NCBI RefSeq assembly: GCF_003149185.1 | Contig: NZ_QGDO01000003.1 | Coordinates: forward strand, 576,379-640,378 | Source: Sediminitomix flava | GTDB lineage: Bacteria > Bacteroidota > Bacteroidia > Cytophagales > Flammeovirgaceae | Direction: 5' to 3' | DNA: 64,000 nt | Program-made: the position numbers and the translations under genes | Shown here: in pieces, positions 9,955-18,716 of the stretch | How positions within the stretch are numbered: position 1 is the first letter of the stretch | Layout: every line of letters starts with the position of its first letter | Notes under the pieces: model-generated | Told to the model about the DNA's origin: nothing | The model's input: only the letters and a program-made list of their open reading frames with translations | Databases searched by the model: none

Positions 9955-10935
9955 TTATTGCCAATGCTTTCGGAAAACTTTAGGCCCCATAAATTGAGAT
10001 GGCTTTTTGACCTTAGGAGTGGGAATTGAATTTATAGTATCTAAAGACGGTTGCCCAGCGTTTACCCATGCTGTGAGCCAAATAGAAGCTGTGTAATAAA
10101 TAGATTTTTGTAACTGTGAAGTAACTAATTCTTTTTGATTTTGATAATAGACCTTTAAAAAGCGATTTGAGTACGATAGCTTGCTATATCTTGAATTACT
10201 TTTCCATTGATATTTCTTATTACCTACTTCATTAGATAATTTTTTCTCTGCTTCAAGTACTTCTTTACTTTTTTGGTAAACGTCCAATATCTCGCCCCAT
10301 ATTAAACCCTTAGGATTTTCTAGATAATCAGCCTTTTCTGTGAATAAATCATATTCATTATAATGTGCTTCAACAATCTCAGTTTCCCACAGTTTATGAA
10401 TACCATATTGGTTACTCAATTGTCCATTATAATTTTTGGTAGTGTGCAGTGGAACCATGAGGTCTGATATATAATGAGCTATTTCACTTGAAAGCTTTAA
10501 AATCTTCTTTTGATCTTTTTTGTAAAATGCCGTGGAGAGTTGTTTTTCTAATTTGAAAATATGCCATGGTCCAATACCCCAAATTTGAAGGCTGTCATTG
10601 GGGTAAAGCTCATTTAATTCATACCAATTTGTCCAATTACTATCTAAATCAGTGTAGAACTCCATATTAATAAAATGTTTTGGAGCTTCATCTTCTACTG
10701 TGTATCGTCTACTGTCAGGTGTTGTTGATTGTTGAATAAGGTAATTGATATGCTTTTTGTAAAAGGGATAAATTTCATGGGGTAAAACATAAATTGCGTT
10801 TTCTATAATCTTCTCATGAGCAAAAAATCCCCAATCCGAATTGGCTATCAAGGGGTTAAGAATTATTGCAATTGTGGTTATGATATGTTTTGTTAATCTT
10901 TTTGGGTTAATCTGTTCAACAAAATAAGTGTTCAT
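9955..10935 (-). CDS. S1/P1 nuclease / zinc-dependent phospholipase C superfamily protein (secreted)
   Basis: Signal peptide followed by W-G...H. The HYISDLMVPLH motif resembles the HFxGDxHQPLH zinc-ligand motif of P1 nuclease. Confidence 0.5.
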   Translation of the reverse strand: MNTYFVEQINPKRLTKHIITTIAIILNPLIANSDWGFFAHEKIIENAIYVLPHEIYPFYKKHINYLIQQSTTPDSRRYTVEDEAPKHFINMEFYTDLDSNWTNWYELNELYPNDSLQIWGIGPWHIFKLEKQLSTAFYKKDQKKILKLSSEIAHYISDLMVPLHTTKNYNGQLSNQYGIHKLWETEIVEAHYNEYDLFTEKADYLENPKGLIWGEILDVYQKSKEVLEAEKKLSNEVGNKKYQWKSNSRYSKLSYSNRFLKVYYQNQKELVTSQLQKSIYYTASIWLTAWVNAGQPSLDTINSIPTPKVKKPSQFMGPKVFRKHWQ

Positions 10936-11162
10936 TATATTGTCATGTTTTTTAATAAATGTTACTGTTAAAAACTCAATTAGGTTTAAGGTGTTGTTAA
11001 TCAGTGTTTTGTGTTTTTACATCTGTCTACTATCAAGAATTGTTATTAACAAATAGATTATTTCTATAGCTAGATTGAAAATATCTATATTGATAAATGC
11101 ATGTTAACTTGCTCGTTCGTTTAATCATTTATACATTTGTTTAAACAAAATGATCAAAAGAC

Positions 11163-11672
11163 ATGACAGCCCTAGAATTCTCATTTTCATTAGATCAAGC
11201 ACAGTCTTCTTTAAAGCCTTTCGCATTGAAGTTGACAAGAGATATGGAAGATGCAAATGACTTGCTTCAAGAAACAATGTTGAAGGCTTATTCCAACAGA
11301 GAGAAGTTCTCTGAGGGGACTAACCTTAAAGCATGGTTGTATACGATCATGAAAAATACATTTATCACGAACTATCAGCGTCTTTCAAGAAGAAACACGT
11401 TTATTGATACAACGGAAAATTTACACTACATCAATTCATCCGATCATGTTACGCAAAACATGGCTTACTCTCACTTTGCATTAGATGATATGAACGATGC
11501 TATTGAGGCCTTAGATGATGTGTATAAGGTTCCTTTTATGATGCATTTCAAAGGCTTCAAGTACCACGAAATAGCAGATCATTTACAAATTCCTATTGGT
11601 ACAGTAAAAAACAGAATACATATAGCTCGTAAAGAACTAAAGACGAAATTGAAAGTATATAAAGATAGATAA
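11163..11672 (+). CDS. RNA polymerase sigma-70 factor, ECF subfamily
   Basis: Region 2 ([10 protein letters not shown]...[12 protein letters not shown]) and region 4 HTH ([23 protein letters not shown]); ~170 aa. Confidence 0.75.
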   Translation: MTALEFSFSLDQAQSSLKPFALKLTRDMEDANDLLQETMLKAYSNREKFSEGTNLKAWLYTIMKNTFITNYQRLSRRNTFIDTTENLHYINSSDHVTQNMAYSHFALDDMNDAIEALDDVYKVPFMMHFKGFKYHEIADHLQIPIGTVKNRIHIARKELKTKLKVYKDR

Positions 11673-11736
11673 TTTGTGAAATTGTCTGAAGATATAAATT
11701 TTGGCCAGCTACAAGGATTTGTAGCTGGTTTTTTGT

Positions 11737-12948
11737 TTATCTAGGGTGGCAGATAAAGTATTTGTTGATTGATTTTGTCATTGACTTGGCATTGAACAAC
11801 TCTGAAGCTTCTAACAAATCGACAATATCTCCTTTTTTAGTTTTGATTAGAATACGATCATTGGAGCCGTAAAGTGAATTACTTATAGAGTTTGTGTTGA
11901 ACATATAGGTCATTTCACTATCAGTGAATCCAAATTTTTTCTGAACGGCATTTTTTTGTTCTTCTATGAATGCTACGGATAAAGGCTCATTGAACATATG
12001 AACTTTAAATATTTTTCGCTCGACTAAATGTTCACTTAATGTTCTCAGTACAAAATCATCGTGGAATAGCCAGAATTTAATACTCCCCCAAATATCATAA
12101 TCATCTAGAAGTACGAAGTTTTTCAAAACTGATTCTTCGCTTTCAAATCTTTCGAATGATATATCTTCTTTCATAAATGGAGCTAAAGCAGGCGTGCAGG
12201 TTACTTCTACTCCTTCTCTTGTAAGGTGTTTAGCCCTTCTAATTACTTGAACAAGCATATGTTCCGTACTAACAGTTGTTTTGTGAAGATAAACCTGCCA
12301 ATACATCATTCTTCTTGCATTCAAGAAATTTTCAATACTATATATCCCTTTTTCTTCAATAACTATCTGGTCATCTACTATATCAATCATTTGAATAAGT
12401 CGATCAGCCCCAATACTGCCTTCTATAACTCCTGTGAAAAAACAATCTCTTTGTAAATAGTCCATTCGATCCATGTCCAACTGAGAAGAGATTAATTGAT
12501 GAAAAAATGCTCTGTTATATTCATTTTTGAACATTCTTATTGCTAGATCTAATTTCCCATCAAACTCTTGATTCAGTTTATCCATTAATAAGGATGAAAT
12601 ATTTTCATGATGAACCTCTTTAAGAATAGTATATTCTAAAGCATGTGAAAATGGCCCATGTCCAATATCGTGTAGAAGAATGGCGATCATTGCCGCTTCA
12701 TACTCTTCCTCAGATATTTCATGTCCTTTTGCTATTAAAATATCTAAGGTTCTTCTCATGAGATGCATAGCACCTAGTGCATGATGAAAACGAGTGTGTA
12801 AGGCTCCTGGGTAAACAAAACTTGTTAAACCTAGCTGCTTTATTCTTCTCAGTCTCTGAAAATATGGATGTGAAACCAAGTCATAGATCAACTGATGATT
12901 GATTCTGATAAATCCATAGACAGGGTCGTTTATGATTTTAGCTTTCAT
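11737..12948 (-). CDS. HD-domain phosphohydrolase (dGTPase-like)
   Basis: HD motif H...HD (HHALGAMHLM...LLHDIGHGPFSH). Confidence 0.7.
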   Translation of the reverse strand: MKAKIINDPVYGFIRINHQLIYDLVSHPYFQRLRRIKQLGLTSFVYPGALHTRFHHALGAMHLMRRTLDILIAKGHEISEEEYEAAMIAILLHDIGHGPFSHALEYTILKEVHHENISSLLMDKLNQEFDGKLDLAIRMFKNEYNRAFFHQLISSQLDMDRMDYLQRDCFFTGVIEGSIGADRLIQMIDIVDDQIVIEEKGIYSIENFLNARRMMYWQVYLHKTTVSTEHMLVQVIRRAKHLTREGVEVTCTPALAPFMKEDISFERFESEESVLKNFVLLDDYDIWGSIKFWLFHDDFVLRTLSEHLVERKIFKVHMFNEPLSVAFIEEQKNAVQKKFGFTDSEMTYMFNTNSISNSLYGSNDRILIKTKKGDIVDLLEASELFNAKSMTKSINKYFICHPR

Positions 12949-13165
12949 TGTATTCTTCTATAATGGTATTTTTCTACTTCTAAAGTAAACAGGACGGAGA
13001 ATAAAAAGAATACTTAAAGGATATTTTCAAGGGTATATGTTGATTTTTAACCTCTGTGATCACATTTATTACTCTATTTCTTTAAAGAATAGCTTATATA
13101 AAAACAATTTTCATTTTGAATACTTTATTTATGTGTGATTATTCAAATACATTTTAGAATAGGAA

Positions 13166-14074
13166 ATGGAGTTTGGGAAGTTAAAAGACATTAGTACAGT
13201 AGATTTTAAGATACCTACTGATCATTATAGAAATAGAGAAGTACTATCAACAGGTAGAAATGACGGAAAAGGAGAAATCTATTTTGGTTGTCCCTCATGG
13301 ACGTCAAAAGATTGGTTAGGTAAGTTATATCCGTCTAAGTTGAAAAGTGCAGAATTTTTTGAAAACTATACGAAGCACTTTTCGACCATAGAGTTTAATT
13401 CTTCTCATTATGCATTGCCAAGTAAATCACAAGTTGAGAAATGGGTTAATGAAAGTCCAACACAATTTACTTTTTGTCCAAAAGTTCCACAAGAAATAAG
13501 TCATTGGAAACGCTTGGATAGAGTGGGAGTACAACTAGATACTTTTATGCAGACTGTGGCAGGGTTTGAGAAACATTTAGGATGTAGCTTTTTACAACTT
13601 CCTCCCGATTTTGGAGTAGAATCTCTTTCAATGCTTGATTCATTTTTAGATCGAATTCCTGATCAATATCCATTATCAATTGAGTTTCGAGATCCTTCTT
13701 GGTTTGAGAAAAATGAGGCTTTTGAATATATCACGAAACGAATGGAAGAAAAAAAGCTTCCAATGTGTCTGACCGACGTAGCAGGAAGAAGAGACGTGTT
13801 GCATATGCGTTTAACAAGTCCAATTGTAGCAGTGAGATTTGTTGGAAATCAGTTACACGATACTGATTATGTGCGAATGAGGGCTTGGGCTCAAAGAATT
13901 GCAGAGTGGCGAGCACAAGGTTTAGAAAAGATATTTTTCTTTTTGCATCAACCAGAAGATAGACTTTGCCCAGAGACCGCTGTATATTTTGTAGAATGTA
14001 TTAATGATACTTGTGGTGTCAATTTACCAATTCCTAAATTATATCAATCTGGAATACAGACGAGTTTATTTTAA
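13166..14074 (+). CDS. DUF72 (UPF0759) family protein
   Basis: N-terminal YFGCPSWTSKDWLGKLYP signature of DUF72 proteins. Confidence 0.55.
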   Translation: MEFGKLKDISTVDFKIPTDHYRNREVLSTGRNDGKGEIYFGCPSWTSKDWLGKLYPSKLKSAEFFENYTKHFSTIEFNSSHYALPSKSQVEKWVNESPTQFTFCPKVPQEISHWKRLDRVGVQLDTFMQTVAGFEKHLGCSFLQLPPDFGVESLSMLDSFLDRIPDQYPLSIEFRDPSWFEKNEAFEYITKRMEEKKLPMCLTDVAGRRDVLHMRLTSPIVAVRFVGNQLHDTDYVRMRAWAQRIAEWRAQGLEKIFFFLHQPEDRLCPETAVYFVECINDTCGVNLPIPKLYQSGIQTSLF

Positions 14075-14140
14075 GGTTTCTTTAAACAATCCTACTTTGG
14101 GCTAGTTTATTAAGCAAATTTTTAGGAGAAATAGATTAAG

Positions 14141-14653
14141 ATGAATACGATCGACGCAAAAACTTATAGAGATGGAATGAGCTTGCTTCCAGCAGCTGTT
14201 ACTGTTGTTACTACAGATGGTGAAGCTGGCAAAGGAGGTATGACAGTCTCTGCAATTACTTCTGTTACAGATACTCCAGCCACACTCTTGATTTGTATCA
14301 ACCAAAATTCTAAAATGAATGAAATGTTGAAAACAAATGCTCGTTTTGTGGTAAATATTCTACAAGCTTCAAATGAAGAAATTTCAAATAGAATGGCAGG
14401 TTTTGATGGAAGTGAGCCTTCTGAGAGATTTGACTTGGGAGAATGGAAAGAAGGAACTTTAAAACAGCCAATTCTAAAAAATGCCTCAGCCGCTTTTGAA
14501 TGTGAAATTGTAAAAACGGACGAAGTTGGAACACATTCAGTTATATATGGTGAAGTAAAAGAGTTACATACTTTTGAGAAAGAAGAGTCTCCTCTTATGT
14601 ATTTCAACAGATCTTATCAGCAATTTCGAGTAGATGAAACGGTTACTCCGTAA
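14141..14653 (+). CDS. Flavin reductase-like (NAD(P)H-flavin oxidoreductase) domain protein
   Basis: LLPAAVTVVTTDGEAGKGGMTVSAITSVTDTPATLLICIN matches the flavin-reductase-like FMN-binding fold. Confidence 0.6.
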   Translation: MNTIDAKTYRDGMSLLPAAVTVVTTDGEAGKGGMTVSAITSVTDTPATLLICINQNSKMNEMLKTNARFVVNILQASNEEISNRMAGFDGSEPSERFDLGEWKEGTLKQPILKNASAAFECEIVKTDEVGTHSVIYGEVKELHTFEKEESPLMYFNRSYQQFRVDETVTP

Positions 14654-15257
14654 TTGTAAGAAATGATTCTTTTGAAAGGATATTCTTCTGTTCTACTACT
14701 ATCGTTTTTTCAGAAGTTAAGGATAAAAAGTTTTTGATAGCCTCTTTAGCTTTACTTTGATGTTTGATGAGTAGAGGATCGCTTACGGCTTTTTTATAAA
14801 TAATACCTTTTGCCTTTGTTAGAGCTTTTGTTACAATATTTGATGAAGAAAAGAAGGTGTTTGTTTCATTAAAAACAGATGAGTTTTCATGATCTATCAC
14901 AACATCACAAATCTCAAGATTTGGTATTTGAATAAAAATGCTATCGTTAGTGATAAGGATATCCTTTTTTTCAATTTTTGAAAGATCAATGCAAAGATTT
15001 ACATGACCTTTTATGTGTAGGTCTATGCTTGGATCTGGCCACCAATCTACGGGTTCTTTATATTTGATAATATCTGTATAATGTTGCTCCCCAAATACTA
15101 GTTTACTTTTAGAAACAAATTTGTCATAGATTTTTGCTTGTAGTAATATCGCTTCAGCTTTCAATCTTTCACTTTCTTTGAAGTCAAAATAGTACTTTAT
15201 CCCTATTCCAATTGAGGTGAAAAGTAAAATGAAGAATAAATATTTGAGCGATTTCAT
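14643..15257 (-). CDS. Hypothetical membrane-anchored protein (possibly DUF4230-like)
   Basis: Single N-terminal TM helix; ~200 aa; no catalytic motif. Confidence 0.3.
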   Translation of the reverse strand: MKSLKYLFFILLFTSIGIGIKYYFDFKESERLKAEAILLQAKIYDKFVSKSKLVFGEQHYTDIIKYKEPVDWWPDPSIDLHIKGHVNLCIDLSKIEKKDILITNDSIFIQIPNLEICDVVIDHENSSVFNETNTFFSSSNIVTKALTKAKGIIYKKAVSDPLLIKHQSKAKEAIKNFLSLTSEKTIVVEQKNILSKESFLTITE

Positions 15258-15383
15258 AAAAAGTATATTATTTGATTCTAAAAAATAATTACAACATCCG
15301 TACCTAGATTTTTATAAAAATCAATATATGGAATATGTGAGAAAAGAAGGATTACTTTAATAGTAAAGTAATCCTTCTTTCTT

Positions 15384-16109
15384 TTATATCAAATCGAAAA
15401 CATCTTTGACTTTTATTTGAGAGGATTTAGTGAATCCTTCAGCAAAAGTACAATTTGCAATTTTACCCATTTCTCTAGCTCTACCTTCAATGAAGTGTTT
15501 GAAGTCTGGAGTGGAAATGAAAGTCTGATCTCCTTTAGCACTTTCTTCTGCATTAGTGTGGAACTGTGAAGAAAAGGCTTCAATAGATTGTACTTTCTGT
15601 TCCCAAGATTCTGTAACATCAACTACAAAGTCAGGTTTGATGTGCTCACTCTGAATCATATGGAAAATATTTTTAGGTCTCCATGCCTCTTGTTCTTTCC
15701 CGTCTAGTTCAGTTACCACTTTTTTCAAACCACTGATAAAACAAGCATCCACTACTAATTGAGCTGCTTTGCCATGATCAGGATGTCTGTCATATTCAGC
15801 ATTTGTGAAAACTATATCTGGTTTATATTTACGAAGCATTTTCACAACTTCTAACTGGTGAGCTTCATCGTTTTTAAAAAATACATCTCTAAAACCGAGA
15901 TTTTCACGAGCACTTAACCCCATGATTTCACCAGCTGCTTGAGCCTCTTTCAATCGAAGTTCTGGTGTACCTCGAGTACCCATTTCTCCTTGAGTAAAAT
16001 CAATAATTCCGACCTTATATCCTTGTTTAATGTGGTTAATCAGCGTGCCAGAGCAACTTAATTCTACATCATCAGGATGTGCAACTAGTGCTAGTATATC
16101 TAATTTCAT
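15384..16109 (-). CDS. bshB1: PIG-L/LmbE-family deacetylase (bacillithiol biosynthesis deacetylase-like)
   Basis: AHPDDVE zinc motif near the N-terminus, plus HPDH downstream; 241 aa. Confidence 0.65.
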   Translation of the reverse strand: MKLDILALVAHPDDVELSCSGTLINHIKQGYKVGIIDFTQGEMGTRGTPELRLKEAQAAGEIMGLSARENLGFRDVFFKNDEAHQLEVVKMLRKYKPDIVFTNAEYDRHPDHGKAAQLVVDACFISGLKKVVTELDGKEQEAWRPKNIFHMIQSEHIKPDFVVDVTESWEQKVQSIEAFSSQFHTNAEESAKGDQTFISTPDFKHFIEGRAREMGKIANCTFAEGFTKSSQIKVKDVFDLI

Positions 16110-16259
16110 ATGTTTAAACTATATCAACTATTAAAGAACGAAGATACGGGGAAATGGTTTAAAGAAGAAGAATTGTACAATAATGGGTGTTGAATATGGA
16201 AGAGGAGAACCTTTTATATTATTGAATTAGCTAGTATTTTTGCAGGCTTAAAGAAGGTT

Positions 16260-16862
16260 ATGAAAAAATATAAATATTATTTGATTTATAAGCCTTTCGG
16301 TATGCTTCCTCAATTTTCAGATAATGAAGGAAGGCCAACATTGAAAGATTTATATGATTTCCCTAAGGATGTGTATTCAGTTGGACGATTAGATATGGAC
16401 TCAGAGGGTTTGCTAATTCTCACAAATGATAAAAGTCTAAATCATAAGCTATTGCATCCTTCATTTAAGCATGATCGAGAATACTTGGTTCAAGTGGATG
16501 GAGATATAACCGAGGAAGCGATTATGCAATTGGCAAAAGGAGTAGTTATTTCTGTAAATAAGAAAAAACATAATACTTTGCCAGCAAAAGCTAGGAAGAA
16601 ACAAGAGCCGAATTGGTTGGAAGAGCGTAATCCACCCGTACGTTTTAGAAAATCTATACCAACTTCCTTTGTTTCTTTGTCTTTAATTGAAGGGAAAAAT
16701 AGACAAGTTCGTAAAATGACTGCTTCAGTAGGTTTTCCTACTCTTAGACTAATTAGAACAAGGATTGAAGGAATTACTTTGAATGGAATGAAAATAGGAG
16801 AGGTTAAAGAGGTGAACCGAAACCTAATCTATAAATTACTTTTTGAAAACAATAAGAAATAA
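16260..16862 (+). CDS. rRNA pseudouridine synthase, RsuA/RluE family
   Basis: Catalytic GRLDMDSEGLLILTND motif. Confidence 0.7.
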   Translation: MKKYKYYLIYKPFGMLPQFSDNEGRPTLKDLYDFPKDVYSVGRLDMDSEGLLILTNDKSLNHKLLHPSFKHDREYLVQVDGDITEEAIMQLAKGVVISVNKKKHNTLPAKARKKQEPNWLEERNPPVRFRKSIPTSFVSLSLIEGKNRQVRKMTASVGFPTLRLIRTRIEGITLNGMKIGEVKEVNRNLIYKLLFENNKK

Positions 16863-16917
16863 AAATAGGAGAGCGTCAATAAAGAGGCTCTCCTAAATTT
16901 TTTAGCTTAAAATTGAA

Positions 16918-18225
16918 TTAAGCAATTACAGTTTCTTTTGCCACTGTTCTGTCTTCTGGGTAAGCTCTGTGAGTTTCACCAGTATAAACCTGACGAGGTC
17001 TAGAGATTGGTTGAACCATTTCACGAGACTCTTTCCATTGTGCAATCCAACCTGGTAGACGACCAAGAGCGAATAACACTGTAAACATTTCAGTAGGGAA
17101 TCCTAATGCTTTATAGATAATACCTGAGTAGAAGTCTACGTTAGGGTAAAGTTTCTTCTCAACAAAGTAAGGGTCAGTTAAAGCAATGTCTTCCAATTTC
17201 TTAGCGATATCCAATAACGGGTCATTTACGCCAAGACGGTCTAAGATATCATCAGCAGCTTTCTTGATGATTCTAGAACGAGGATCAAAGTTTTTATATA
17301 CTCTATGTCCAAATCCCATCAAACGGAACGGATCATTCTTATCTTTTGCTTTCGCGATGAATTTATCAATGTTTCCACCATCAGCTTGGATAGTTTCTAG
17401 CATCTCAATAACAGCTTGGTTAGCTCCACCGTGAAGGCTACCCCAAAGTGCATTGATACCTGCAGAAACAGCTACATATAATGAAGATAATGATGAACCT
17501 ACTACTCTTACTGTAGCAGCTGAACAGTTTTGCTCATGATCTGCATGAAGAATAAGAAGTTTATTCATAGCATCCATAATGACTGGATCTACATCATAAT
17601 CCATATGCTTGTTTTTGAACATCATTTGCATGAAGTTACTAACGTAGTCATTTTTAGCGTTAGGATATTCCAATGGAAGACCTTGGCTATTTTTGAATGA
17701 CCAAGCAGCAAGCGTAGGAAGTTTTGCAAGAAGTCTTACAATTGTTAAATCGATTGCAGCAGAGTCTCTATTAGGATCAATTGATTCTGGGTGGAATGCT
17801 GTCAAAGAAGTAACTAAAGAAGAAAGAACTCCCATTGGATGTGCTGTAGAAGGGAAACCGTCAAAAATCTTACGGATATCTTCGTGCACAAGAGAGTGCT
17901 TCATGATGCGGCTTGACCAATTTTCAAAAGTCTGTGCATCTGGAAGCTCGCCATATATTAATAAGTAAGCAACTTCAAGGAAAGAAGATTTTTCTGCCAA
18001 ATCTTCAATAGAATAACCTCTGTGACGAAGAATACCTTTTTCTCCATCTAGGAAAGTTACATTCGAAGTTGTAGAACCCGTGTTTTTGAAACCTACATCT
18101 AGAGTTATGAGACCAGAAGTAGCTCTTAATTTAGAAATGTCTAGTGCTTTTTCGCCTTCAGAGCCTTCTAGAACTGGGATTTCATATGTGTTGCCGTCGT
18201 ATTGTAGTTGTGCTGTTTTATTCAT
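16918..18225 (-). CDS. gltA: Citrate synthase
   Basis: GFGHRVYKNFDPR signature; ~435 aa. Confidence 0.9.
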   Translation of the reverse strand: MNKTAQLQYDGNTYEIPVLEGSEGEKALDISKLRATSGLITLDVGFKNTGSTTSNVTFLDGEKGILRHRGYSIEDLAEKSSFLEVAYLLIYGELPDAQTFENWSSRIMKHSLVHEDIRKIFDGFPSTAHPMGVLSSLVTSLTAFHPESIDPNRDSAAIDLTIVRLLAKLPTLAAWSFKNSQGLPLEYPNAKNDYVSNFMQMMFKNKHMDYDVDPVIMDAMNKLLILHADHEQNCSAATVRVVGSSLSSLYVAVSAGINALWGSLHGGANQAVIEMLETIQADGGNIDKFIAKAKDKNDPFRLMGFGHRVYKNFDPRSRIIKKAADDILDRLGVNDPLLDIAKKLEDIALTDPYFVEKKLYPNVDFYSGIIYKALGFPTEMFTVLFALGRLPGWIAQWKESREMVQPISRPRQVYTGETHRAYPEDRTVAKETVIA

Positions 18226-18716
18226 ATGTTCTTTAAATAATTTAGAATGTATAGTCTATAGGTAGTTTAATTGCATAACCGCTTATCAATAACTCAAGAT
18301 TTAGAATTATTGTTTAAATAATTGTTATTAAAGAATGTTAGTTATTGATTTTCTCGCCTAATATATTTGAAAAAATTGTCATTAGCAAAGTTTTAATTGG
18401 TTGTACCATATATATGATTGGATTTTAGTCCATTTAATTCAATACTTCCAAAATAATGTTAAATAATAATATCCAGTACATTCATTCGGCTTTGAAATAT
18501 TTGTCTGAAAGACTGTAGTGTTAAAGGTGAGAATTGGACTATATTTTATCTTTTTAGTTGTGATTTGTTTTTAAAAGAGTCTATCTTGTTTGAGATTTTT
18601 GCCGAAAATTATGCTATTATTGCCCTAAATGCATTGTTCTTTTAGGAATTGAGGCACTTTCATTATTTTTTTTAAGTCTTTTAAAGACATTGGAATTTTA
18701 AATTAACCTGGACAAG

